Positions 24,206-36,535 of a stretch of DNA of 64,000 nucleotides are shown piece after piece (within the stretch, counting starts at the first letter, position 1; the number at the start of each line of letters is the position of its first letter). The notes under the pieces are model-generated. The model worked only from the letters and a program-made list of their open reading frames with translations. It did no database searches and had not been told where the DNA came from. The DNA lies in NCBI GenBank assembly GCA_001643675.2, contig LSRY02000010.1, positions 1,240,001-1,304,000 on the forward strand, given 5' to 3'. The DNA comes from Monocercomonoides exilis PA203 (lineage: Eukaryota > Protista > Preaxostyla). Made by a program: the position numbers and the translations under genes.

Positions 24206-26453
24206 GCTTGAATTATTTCTCTTGTCAAAACTGGTTTTTCCTTCATTATCTTTCTCTTTCTCTTTCTCTTTCTCCTTTTCTCTTTCTCTTTCTCTTTCTT
24301 TACCATAAAAAGTATTACTATTATTATTATTATTATTATTCGAATGCTGATTATATCTCGCCCATATAGGCAAGTTGAAATTCGCTCTTCCTCCTCCTCC
24401 TCCTCCTCCGCTTCCTCCTCCTCCATTTAATGTTTTATTCTCCTTTGCTGCTCCATAGCTTGCATGTTGTGATTCAACAGACGCTAAAGAGGCCAATGAA
24501 GCTAACGAGGCAACAGATGAAGAAGGAGATAAAGAATCGCTTAGAAGGCTTTCTTGATCGTTATCTTTCTCTTTCTCTTTCTCTTTCTCTTTCTCCTTCT
24601 CCTTCTCTTTCTCTTTGCTTTTCCCTTTTCCTTTCGACTTCTTCTTCTTCTTTCTCTTTCTGAAGCGCGAATAAATAGAAGATGCGCCACTGTCTATGGA
24701 AGAAGAACGAGAAGAAGAAGAAGAGGAGGAGGAGGAAGAAGAAGAAGATGAGGAAGAAGAAGAAGAAGAAGCAGGAGAAAAAATAGAGCGAGAAGAAAGA
24801 GAAGCGGAGGTGCGTGTGCTTGAGCTGGAGTTCGAATTCTTTCTGGAGATGAAAGGCGAAGAACGAGAAATATGTGAGTGAGAAAGAGAAGAAGAGGAAG
24901 AGGAAGAAGAAGAAGAAGAGGAGGAGGAAGAAGAAGAAGATGATGATGATGATGAATTTTTATTGCTATCTTTGTTTTTCAGAAGGTAGCTGAGACGAGG
25001 AGGGGTTGGTTGGCGTGCGATGGAAGAGGAGGAAATGAAAGAGGAAGAGGAAGAAGAAGATAATGATGAAGAAGGAGCATTTGATAGAGAAGCTGGTGAG
25101 TTTAATGTTCCGTTACTATTAATGGAGGAAGAAGAGGAGGAAGAAGAGGAAGAGGAAGAAGAAGAAGAAGAAGGATCGCTAAATAAATATGAATGAGTTT
25201 GTTGGTTTTGATTTTGCTGTTGATTAAGCTGTTGAGACAATGCAGAAAGAGAAGAGAGAGAAGCAAGAGAAGTGAGAGAAGTGAGAGGAGGAGAAGGGGG
25301 AAATCCTTCTGCTCTACGAGGAGGCGCAAACATGTTTGGCTTTGTTGGGTTGTCGAAATAAGAAGAAGAGGAAGAGGAAGAGGAAGAAGAAGAAGAAGGA
25401 AATGAAGAAGAGGAAGATGAAGAGGAAGATAATGGAGAAGAAGAAGAAGATGTTGTTGTTGATGTTGATAAAGAAGAAGAAGAGAAGGAGGAAGAAGAAG
25501 AAGAAGGAGATGATTGTGGAGAACTTGCAGTGGTTAGAGCAGAAAGAGAGGAAGATAGAGACATTGGTGAAAGAGGTACAGAAGAAGAACTTGTTATTGA
25601 TGATGATGATGAGTTTATGCTTTCTTTATGGTTTTTATTGTCTTTATCATTTTTCCTTTCTCTCTCTTCTTCTTCTTCTTCTCTTTCTCTTTCTTTCCTC
25701 TCAATCTCTTCTAAATAAGCATTTTTAACTCGTTCACTGCTTCTTTCTCTTTCTCTTTCTCTTTCTCTTTCTCTTTCTTCTCCTTCACTCATTGACACAC
25801 TCACAGGCGATGACATATCAGGAGGTGAGTCTTCTTCTTCTTCTTCTTCTTTGTTGTTGTTGTTGTTATTATTTCCTTCTTCTTCTTCCTCTTCTTCTTT
25901 TCTTCTTCTTTCTTTTTCTCTTCCTCTTCCTCTTTCGTTTCTAACTCCTTCTTCATCTTCATATTCATCTTCATATTCTTCCATCTTTCTTCTGTTTATT
26001 TCTCCTCTTTCTCCTCTTTCTCCTCTTTCTCCTCTTTCTCCTCTTTCTCCTCTATTTCTTCCTTCTCCAAATGAAAATCTATTGCTTCCTCTCTCATAAC
26101 GCTCTTCTTCTTCTCCTTCTTCTCCCTCTTCTCCCTCTTCTCTTTCTCTGTCTCTTTCTTCTTCTTCTTCTTCTTCTTTAAATCTTCTTCCCAACAACTC
26201 TTCAAGCTCTGCATCTAAATCATTCTGTTCTATTTTGGATGAATTTTTGCTGCTTCTTCTTCCTTCTTCGCCTTCTTCTTCTTCTTCTTCTTCTTCTTCT
26301 CTTTCTCCTTCTCTTCCTCTTCTTCTTTCTTCTTCTTCTTCATTATCTTTTACCAGCTCCTCAACATTGTTCTTACTTAAGCTATTTCTTCTGCTGTTAT
26401 TCTGTGATCTTCTAACAGGATCAGAAAATGAAGGAGAAAAAGAAGAAGAAGAA

Positions 26454-26488
<35 letters not shown>

Positions 26489-27562
26489 AGAAGAGGAAGA
26501 GGAAGAAGATGAAGAGGAAGAAGAGGAAGAGGAAGAAGAGGAAGAGGAAGAAGAAGAAAACGAAGAATTCAATGAGCTTTCAGCTGTTGGTGACATTAAA
26601 CTTCGTCTTGTTTGAGGCTGAAGAAGATGTTGATGAAGATGTTGATGAGAACGAGGGGAGAAAGAAGAAGAAGAAGAAGAAGAAGAAAGAAAAGAAGAAG
26701 GTGATGGAGAACTAGGAGAAGGAGAAATGGAAGAGAAAGAAGAAGAAGAAGGTGAGGAGGAGGAAGAGGAGGAAGGTGAAGAAGAGGGAGAAGAAGAAGA
26801 AGAAGAAACGGAAGATGTTATCATCAGAGGAGGAGAAGCAGGATTGGGTGAAGACAAGAAAGAAAGCGGGAAGTTCAATTGTTTCATTGTATGTGAACGA
26901 TAAGAAGAAGAAGAGGAGGAGGAGGAAGAAGAAGAAGAGGAAGAGGAAGAAGAAGAACCAGATTGATGATGAAGGAGATGATGATGATGGCCAGGAGAGT
27001 TTGGAGGAGGTGTGGGAGGGCGTGTGGTGAGGGAGGAAGAAGAGCGAAGACGTTGTATTTCATCATCAGCTTCTAACTCTTCGAGGGTGCTGAGAGGAGA
27101 AGGAGAAGAAGAATGAGTAGAAGAGGAAGAAGAAGAAGAAGAAGAGGAAGAGGAGGAACGGGAAGTGGAAGAAGAAGGAGAAGTGGAAAGAGGGAGAGGA
27201 AGAGGAAGAGAAGAAGAAAGAGAAGAAGATGAAGTGCTGGAAGGAGAAGAAGAGGGAAGAGAAGAAGAAGAAGAAGATTGATTATCAATAGGAGCAACAT
27301 CAATAGAAAGAGATTTAAAGGAAGAGGAAGAAGAAGAATGTGATAATGAGGAAAGAGAAGCGTCCTTTGTAAGAGAAGGAGGTGATGTGGCTGAAGAAGA
27401 AGAAGAAGAGGAAGAAGAAGAGGAGGAAGAAGAAGAAACAATATTTTGATCTTTGTCGGTTTTGTTTGTTTCTTCATTGGATGAGGAAGAAGAAGATGTT
27501 GCTGTTATTTCATCGTTTCCTGATTCATTAATAGCATTTGAAGAGGAAGAAGAGGAAGAAGA

Positions 27563-27594
<32 letters not shown>

Positions 27595-30522
27595 GAGAAG
27601 AAGAAGGAGAAAGAGAAAGAGAAGGAGAAGAAAGAGGAGCAGAGAATGGAGTGGAGGAAGGAGAAACGGGAGAAGGAAGGTTGAGTTTGTAGTTGGCGAA
27701 GGTGAAGGGGAAAGAAAGAGGGCTAAGAAGAGAAGAAGGAGAAGAAGGGAGAGAAGAAGAGGAAGAAGAAGAAGAGGAGGAGGAGGAAGAGGAGGAGGAA
27801 GAAGAAGATTTTGGAGGACTTGTAGTAATTTTGGATGGTTTGTTTGAAGAAGAGGGAGAAGAAGATGATGTGGTTGGTGATGTGTTAGAAGAAGATAGAG
27901 ACAAGTCTAATTTTGAGGGTGAGGAAGAAGAAGAGGAGGAGGAGGAGGAAGAAGCTGATTGAGAAATATCATTTTTGCCTTCAGAAGAAGAAGAAGAAGC
28001 AATAGAGTTTTGTTCTTCATTCAATTTGACCGATTTATTCGTTTCATTCGCTTCATTTGTGATGTTTTGGTTGTTTTGAAGTGAAATGTTATTTGAAGAA
28101 GAAGAAGAAGAAGAAGAAGAAGAAGAAGAAGAAGAAGAAGCAGAAGCAGAAGATGCTGCTGATGATGATGATGAAGCGATATTATTGTCTGTAGAAGAAT
28201 TACCATCTTTAATCTCAATTATTGTTTGGTTATTTGAAATGGACGAATCAGAATCAGAATCAGAAGAAGAAAGGGAAGAAGAAGATGATGATGGTGATGA
28301 AGACACATCAATTGCAGAAGAAGCAGAAGAAGATGATGATGACGATAATGAAGAATTGTTATTCCCTTCCTCTTTCTCTATCTGAGCAGCAAGTGAAGAA
28401 GAAAGAGGAGGAAGTGGAGAAGGAGATGAAGATCGAATCGAAGTTGCTTTTTTCCCTTTCTTCTTTGGTGTGTTTGAAGGAGAAATAGCATCATTCAAAA
28501 GGGAAGAAGAGGAAGAAGAGGAAGAAGAAGCTGATGTTGATGTAATGTTATTTTCTTCATTCTCTTCGCTTTCTTTCTCTTTCTCTGCCCCTTTCTTTGT
28601 TGTCGTTGCTTTTTTCCCACTTTTTTTCTCATTCGCTTCTTTTTCCTTCTCTTTTTCTTTCTCTTTCTCTTTCTCTTTCTCTTTCTCTTTCTCCACGTTC
28701 TTCTCTTGAACCGTCAATGCAATCGTTTGTTTCCCTTCTTTCTTCTTCGCTTCTTTCTCCCTCTCTCCTTCTCCTCTTTCTCTTCCTTCTCTTCCTTCTC
28801 CTTCTTCTTCCCCACCATTATTGCCTTCTTCTTCCTCTCCTCCTCCTCCTCCTCCTCCTCCTCCTCCTCCTCCTCCATTATTCCCCTTCTTCTTCTGCAC
28901 ATTCCCTTTCCCTCCTCCAACACTTGCTGCATTTCCTCGTTTCGCCGCTTTCGCCTTCGTTTCTGGCTTTTCTTTCCCTGTTCCCAATGAAGACGTGCCT
29001 GTTTGTGCTTTTTTCTTTCCTTTCTCTTTCTCTTTCTCTTTTATTTTATCTTTATCTTTCTCCTTTTCTTTCTCTTTCTCTTTTGAATTACTCGAATTTT
29101 TCCCCTTTTTGTGTTTTTCTACTTCTTCTTCTCCTTCTTCATTCTCATCCCCTCCTTCTTCACTCTCGTTCTCTTTCTCCTTCTCTTTTTCTTTCTCTTT
29201 TTCTTTCTCCTTCTCCTTCTCCTTCTCTCTTTCTTTACTCACCCTCTTCGTCTTCTCACTCTCCCTCCCTCCAACCGTCCCCAGCATCATCTTCCTCCAG
29301 TCCCTCCGCGCGTTCTTCTCCATCGCCACCAGTTTTTTCCTCTCTTCCTCTGCCCCCAAGCCATATCCTCCCCCACTCCCACATATTCTCTCTGATTTCT
29401 CTGCGGTGTAACTAAGCAAGTGCACCCACAGATAGAGAAGCTCTGCTCGGCACTGCCGAAGCAGAACAGGAGGCGGAGGGACAATGGCTGGAGGAGCATC
29501 CGCCGTGGGGCTGCGGGCGTGTGTGTGGTTTCCTGAGAGGAAGAAGTGCTGGATGTAGGGGGCTTTTTTCAGGGAAGAGAGAGAAGTGGAGGTGGAGGTG
29601 GAGGAGGATGAAGAGGTTTGAGCAAAAGGAGATGATGGATCGGGTGGGAATGCAGTCGGTGGAGGGTGGCGTCGAGGTGAATGTGGAGGACTTGATGTGT
29701 AGCGTGTGCCAAGAAGTTTGAATCGAACTTTTGGAGCGCTGGAAATTGCTGGAGGAGTTGCGGGAATGGTTATTTTTTTATTAAAATATGTATTCCTAAT
29801 TACATATTCTTCTTCGTACAATTCTGGTGTCCATGACACCGGAGGAAGCATTTCTTCATATTGGCGAAGTTGCCTTTCAAAAGAATTGCGCATGCGAATG
29901 CGTCTGCAACTGCTTACGACTTCTATAGCAAATGCAGCGTCCCATTCATATTTTCTCATCAAATAAGCAGCTGTCACAAGAAGTGCACGAGATTTTCCAA
30001 GAACAGAATGAATCATTACTCCTTCATATTCTCCCATTGCATCCTCGATAAATGAGAAAACATTCTCTACATTTCTTCCATTTGAATCAATAAAAACTGA
30101 TGAATCTTCGTCAAGAAGATAAAATGTAAGATATTGAATTCCCAATCTTGCAAAACGATTGGGAACTTGTGCTCCTGAACAATTAACGATATGTGTAATT
30201 CTGTTTGAAGTTATGAACTATTCGAAAAAATGCGTAAAAATATAAATTATCAAAATTATTTTCTAAAGTACAAAATAAATACTTCTTGACTTGCAGATGC
30301 TTCAAACGATCCAATAAAAAGTCCGTCCCTGAGTTTTGAGACCGGTGGCAAAGAATATGGATCTTCTTCGGGAACAGCAAAAGTCGGTTGTTGAATTGGT
30401 GAATAGCTGCCCCACTGAGGAGTTTGTTGCATTTGAGATTGCAACTGCGAAGCTGATTTAATTGGAGATGAATCTGTACGTCCTTGTTGTTTTGTTTGGT
30501 TGCGCTGCTTTCCAGATTTCAT
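20348..30522 (-). CDS. Dual-specificity phosphatase-fold protein with catalytic Cys replaced by Ser and a ~3000-aa low-complexity Ser/Glu/Lys tail (~3369 aa; exons 30522-30283 and 30217-20348)
   Basis: KLRDGLFIGS, ITHIVNCS, VMIHSVLGKSRA, AAYLMRKYEW..A; GT-AG intron 30282-30218 joins the exons in frame. Confidence 0.85.
23520..23642 (+). repeat. Perfect (GAA)~41 microsatellite encoding poly-Ser on the minus strand
   Basis: Uninterrupted GAA run inside the 20348-30522 CDS. Confidence 0.95.
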
Positions 30523-30700
30523 CTCATGAAAAAAATGTTTTTTTGAGATTGGATTTAAGGGTAAGTTTTTTATTCATTTTTCTCTTGACTTGTATTCTTT
30601 TTCAATGACAAGCAATATTATACAACTTATTCAAATTATTGTCAAATGAATTTAATAATGACTGTTTGTTAATGATCAAAAATACCATAGAAAGGTACAT

Positions 30701-32173
30701 ATGACATTCACAGGTATGATCTCTTTTATTTTCCTTTTTATTTGTTGTTTAAATATTGATGCTCCAAATAATGTGTTTTTTTGTTAATCATTCTCAAAAG
30801 GTTGGTTAACCAAAGAAGGTGGATCATTCTTTAAAAACTGGCAAAGAAGATGGTGCGTTCTTGACAATCAACGAGGAACACTGACGTATTATGAATCAGA
30901 AAACACTTCAAAAAAACCTAACGGCGTTGTTCTTCTTGCTGGTACAACTGTAGCGCTTATTGCAAAATCTGTGAAAGGAAAAGATAACTGCTTCATGATC
31001 AGCAGTCCTGATCGAACATTTTATGCTTTTGCTGATTCTGCATCTGAATGCGACGCATGGATTGCAGAACTACGGAAAGTGTTTGTGACTTATTGCCTTT
31101 TGCTAATATTAAACTATATTTTCAATGTACAATATTTCTTTATTATATCAGTATTGAATCCCTTGCAAAGCAGTTTGTTTTATGAATTTCAAAATATTTG
31201 CTAATCAAATTATTTTTTGTATTGTTTGTTTATGATGAAAAAAAAATTGGTGCATTCTAGATCCGACACTCCAGCGTATGCGTTAAAATTTTTTATTTTT
31301 GAAATATTTTAATTTTATCATGTTTGCATATTTGCATAAATTTCTTTTCAGAAATGCCACAGAAGAAACAAACGATTCTACTCCTGATGACACATCTTTA
31401 TACGCTGGCTGGTTGACAAAAGAAGCAGGAAGCGGAAAGAACTGGAGGAAGAGATTCTTTGTTTTGACCAAAAAAGAAATGAAGTATTACAAAGATAGAT
31501 CTGTATGCAATAACAAGTTTTCAAAATAAATCATTAATTCGCCTGGATTAAGTTGAAAAAAAGTGCACAATATTTCTATGAAAAAGAGATTTTTTATTTG
31601 TTCTTTTAAAAAATTTTTTATTCGCACAATCATTTTCATTTTATTATTTATGCATTTTTTATATGTATCAAATCTTTCCTCTTATTAATTTCATTTATGT
31701 TACAGGCTACTGAACCACAAGGCAGTTTCCCCATTGCTGGTGCGACATTTGTTATTCCTCCTCAGTCTTATCAGCCAACAGGAACGCGCAACCCGTTCGC
31801 CTCGTTCCTCCCCACCTCATCCACAGGCCAGATTCCATTCTTATTCACCATTGAGACTGGAGACAAGATCAGGACTTACAGGCTCCAGGCACGTAACGCC
31901 GAGGAATTCAAGCTGTGGAAGCAGCAGATTGAGTGGGCGATTCCACGTGCAGGTAAATTCGTACCATCAATGGCCAACACAGTGAAGGATGAAGATGATG
32001 TTGGAGGCTCAGCAACAGCTTCGTCGTCTTCGACACCCAGCTCAGCCCAGCCAGCACAGTCATCGTCATCTGCCCCAGTTGAGCAGGAAGCAGACGACAC
32101 AGAGCCAGACGAAGAAGGAGCAGAACGTGAGGAGCGCTTTAGAATGGAGATTATGCGGAAGGTGAGTTTGTAA
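30701..32173 (+). CDS. Tandem PH-domain protein (multi-exon; 3' end uncertain)
   Basis: GWLTKEGGSFFKNWQRRWCVL...FADSASECDAWIAELRK; second PH GWLTKEAGSGKNWRKRFFVL...RTYRLQARNAEEFKLWKQQI. Confidence 0.88.
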
Positions 32174-33124
32174 AATGGGCATAACGGGGACGGGGGAGAG
32201 TGTGAGCACTGCATTGGGCAATGTTTACTATTGCCTAAGGAATGAAAAGAGAATGAAACTGTTCAAAGCGAAAAAATAAAAATAAAATAAATAAAATAAA
32301 AATAATGCCAAAGTAAAATGAGTTCGTTAATGTTTATGATCAAGTCATTATTTGCTGTAGCGCCTATTCTGGGCTGTCTGAAGGACGTGCCTTTGTTTTG
32401 TTTTGGCGTGTTTTAGCTTATTGTTTATCTTTTTTCTTCTTGATAACTTCTCCCGTTATGTGCGTATGTGATCGTTTTTTTGATATTTATTGACTATTTT
32501 TTGATTTTCTCCCTAAAATATGGTGCTCATAACTCGACTCATCATCGTCTTGGTACCTTTTTTTAGCATTCACTTATTTTTTTTACTCTATGCAATTCTT
32601 TATCCACATCCCTTAAACAATAGTTGTATGATTTTTGTATGAAATTTTGATATTTTTTTGATTTCTCCAACATTCCTTAACTTTTTCATCATGAATTTCT
32701 GAAAAAGAGAAAGAAGTCAAAACATAATTATCAAATTTAATTTGACAATATTTTTGGTAAGATTGTTGAAACACCTTTTAAGAATTAGTTCTTCAAACAT
32801 GATTGAATAACCGTGTAATTGAAGAAATTGTCCAGACAAACAAACAAATGTTTTTTCATTCACTTCAAGAAAAATTGAACAGGAACAGTTTAAAATTAGA
32901 AGTCAAGAAAAGGTGCAATATTAATCTTTATCATAATTCATGTTATTGAAAATTCTTCATTAAAGAAAAGAATTCAAAATAAAATTTTCTATTAATTTAT
33001 TAAATAAAACTAAAAACTACCCAACTTTCAGTTTTATAAAAAAATGGCTTTCATTTCTAAAAATCTGAAGAAAAAAACGAGATAATGTTTTTCTAATCTT
33101 AATTCTTTTCTCAATTTTTCTTGT

Positions 33125-35746
33125 TCAAGGCTTTCCTGTTGGAATATTTGATAATAAACCCGAAGAAGGGGTTAGCTGCAAATGAACAGCTGGTGGAGAG
33201 TCAGAGGCAAAATCTGCTAACATAGAGGCAGAGTCAGTACTTATATCAGCTGAAGTGGATGGGCAACTGATTGAGGAAGTGAATGCGGAAGATGAGAAGT
33301 GAAGGGAGGCAGGAGAGGCAAAGGAAGAAGTGGGTGTGGAATGCTGAAATGAAGAATTGAAATCTCCACAAGAGGTGGAAGATGCATGAGATGAATGAAA
33401 TGTATTTGATGAATTGGTGGAATGTTGTTGGAAAACAAATTGAGATGGAGATGGAGATATAGATGATGAAGTTGAAGATGAAAATGATGAAGAAGAGGGA
33501 AAAGAAGAAGGAGGAGGAGAACAATTAAATGAATGAATTGAAGAATCAGATGAAGAAGAAACCGGAAATGAAGATGAAGGCATTACAGAAGATTGAAGTG
33601 CATCTTCTGAAGTTCTGAGCCTAAACTCCTCATTTGCATCAGACAAACTTTTTGACTGCTGATAATGAGATGGATAATCGTCCTCGAACTCAACCGGAGA
33701 CGAGAAAAGATCCAAATCCTCCAAAGTTGCCTGAGAAACGTCTATTGGGCGCAGAGCCTCAGCGGTGCAGTCGTCCATCTGATACGCCTCTTCCCCTTCT
33801 TCCTCAATCCGACCATCTGCATAGGCAATCAGCGGCTTCTCCACAGACTCAGTGAGATCAATACTAAAGAAATCTCTGATCACTTCTCGCGCTTTCTGCT
33901 TCACATCCTTCGCCTTTGAGCGCTGCAGTGTGTCTAAACACTGCATGGCTCCTTTCTCCTCTGCTCGGATCTCCCATTCGGTGAGCGTGTGGTCAGGATC
34001 GATCCCTTGTCTCGTTTTCAGCTCCAGGCGAGCAACTCTGAGGACTGATGAAAGGAGGCCAAGCGCAGCTACCAAAATACTCGAAGACGAAGAAGAACTA
34101 AGCAGCTCACAAGCCACACCCAACACACTCATTCGCACAAGAAATGCTGTTTCGTTGAAAGTACCTGACGCAAGCGATGCAAGCGCATTGAGACAATTCA
34201 CTGCGACATGTTCATCAGAATCGCATGCACAACGGACAAGAGCACGCACAACAGACGGCTGAATAGCAAGATGTCTGACTGACTCTGTCGATTTGGCGGC
34301 AGATGCGAAGATGCTGCTGACATCTGCACGGATAGTAGCATTGGAATGGCTGAGAAGAATAAGCAGCCATCTGCTCATCTGGGCAAATAGCTCTGTTTGC
34401 TGAAGGGGAAGCATTTCGTCGAATGTGTAGTGGAGTGTCTGAAGTGTTGGGTGTAATATGTATTTCGGATAAGAGCGCCATCTGAAGATTCAAAAAAAAA
34501 TAGAATAAAAATAATATTAATAATGTTTTTCAAAATACATAAAAATGTCATATAACAAAATAAAACAAATTCAATAAAAATAAAAAGCAGCTAGAGCACA
34601 AAGGAGGGAATCGATTCATTTCAGAAATAGCACACTGAATAACAGAAACGAGTTTTGGAATAAATCCTGTGTTAATAATTGATTGGATGTTCTGTTTGTG
34701 GGAAGCGATCGCAGCAACAGTGTTAAACGCATCTACAAGCAGACTGGGATTTGCGCAGGGAAGTGCAAAGGTATCACGGATAAATAAAAGCGATGGGACG
34801 ATTGTTGACTGATGCAGTTGCGAGCAATGAATCTGGCTTAGCAACCACATCAGTACGCACCTGAAAAACAGACTTCTTCCTTTTGCGACTGCAAGTTCTC
34901 CCACAATTTCTGAGATCCCTGCATCGATCATGTAGTTCCTGGAATCTTCTGAATCTCCGGCAACGTTGCCAGCTGCCCAGATTGCCTGCTCTTGGACATC
35001 TTGAAATTTTGACTTCATTGATTCAAGTATCCATTCAACTGGAAATTGCTTCAATATTTGCTTGGTTTGTTCTTTATTTCCAGAACACAGATTGGTTATA
35101 ATCCATAAGATATCAAGATGCACTTCTTGATTGTTTATCTCTTTGTAAATCTTGCAGACAGATGGCAAAATATCTGAATCAATAAAAATCTGCACCGGAA
35201 CAATTTTTCCTAAACATTAATGGAAAAATATTTTTGCGAAATAAAAGGCATAAAATTGTATGCATTTCAAAATTTACAACCATATGCTAAAAAGTCCTTC
35301 AATGTTTCCAAATTTTTGTAGATTATTGATAAATCTGTTGAAAGCAATGATTTCCTGATAAGTGGAAGTTGTTGGAACTATAAATAATTAAAAATAAGAA
35401 TTTTAACGCACTTATTCGAAAAAATATCAAACGATTTCTTGTTGACGTTGAGAAAGATCCGAAAATCTTTCAAAAGTTGATTCTTGGCGATGATGCTTTA
35501 GAAATTCGTTTCTTTGCAAAAAACGAAGAAAAGAAGCATCTGCATCTGTAGATGTGTGAAAAGATTTTGTGTCTCGATCTAATTTTTAAAGATTGAAAAA
35601 TGGCAACATTATCACATAAATTGAATAAATAAATGTTAAGCAACGATTATTTCATCATAAATATATATACCAGATGAAAAAGAGTCTTGTCTGAGCCTCT
35701 GCCGGTCTTCTACAGTCCATTGAAATGGAGCTGCATATGTTATCAT
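33125..35746 (-). CDS. Importin-alpha-like armadillo-repeat protein (multi-exon)
   Basis: WIITNLCSG, EQAIWAAGNVAGDS, ALASLASG, GAMQCLDTLQ..K..DVKQKAREVIRDFF. Confidence 0.75.
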
Positions 35747-36011
35747 TTTTTGAAGATTATTTCTATCCCATATCAAAATAATAAATTGTTCATTTTTTTT
35801 ACAAGTTCTCATTAGCAAAACAAATAGATTTTAATCAAAACAAATCATAGTGCTTTTCGAAAAAGTCAGATTTTTTTTTCATATTTAAACATTTTCCTTG
35901 ATAATTCTTCAAAATACACAAAATTCATCCCAAATAAACGAAAAAACAACAAAATGAATTTCATAAAATATTTTTATAATGAAAAATTGTAAAGTTAGTT
36001 AAAATCACAAT

Positions 36012-36503
36012 TTATTCATATAGCTTTGAAGACGCTGCCTGAAACATTCCTCCCATAACTGACACGTCTTCTTGTTTCTTTTTCCTTGGTCCGTTCTGAA
36101 TAAGATCCTTGTCAAGTTCGAGAGTCCAATCAAAAGGCGAAAACCGTTTAATAATTTCACTCATCTTTTGTTGGAGAGGCAGCTTAGCAAATGAAGTGAT
36201 GGAAGAAGAAGACGATGATGATGAGGAGGAGGAAGAGGAAGAAGAGGAGGAGGAAGATAAAGAAGAAGGTGAAGTGAATGGGACAGGAGAAGGCGGAGGT
36301 GAAACTTGAGTCTCAATTGCTGTGCGGATGATGGATCGCCCAAAATCTGGGCGGAACTTCGATTTGTCCTCAATAATATGTGCATACCCGCTTTCATCTG
36401 CAAATTCTATGTAAAAGAATGGAAGCTCCTTTGGTACTGAGGAGGAAAAATAAACAAGTGTCAATGTATTCAAAAATGATTGGTTTCAAAATTAAAACAG
36501 GAA

Positions 36504-36535
<32 letters not shown>

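Noticed and set aside
20550-29415. Dozens of poly-Glu, poly-Lys and poly-Leu ORFs
   Set aside because: Antisense or off-frame shadows of the TCT-rich long CDS; trinucleotide repeats lack stops in several frames.
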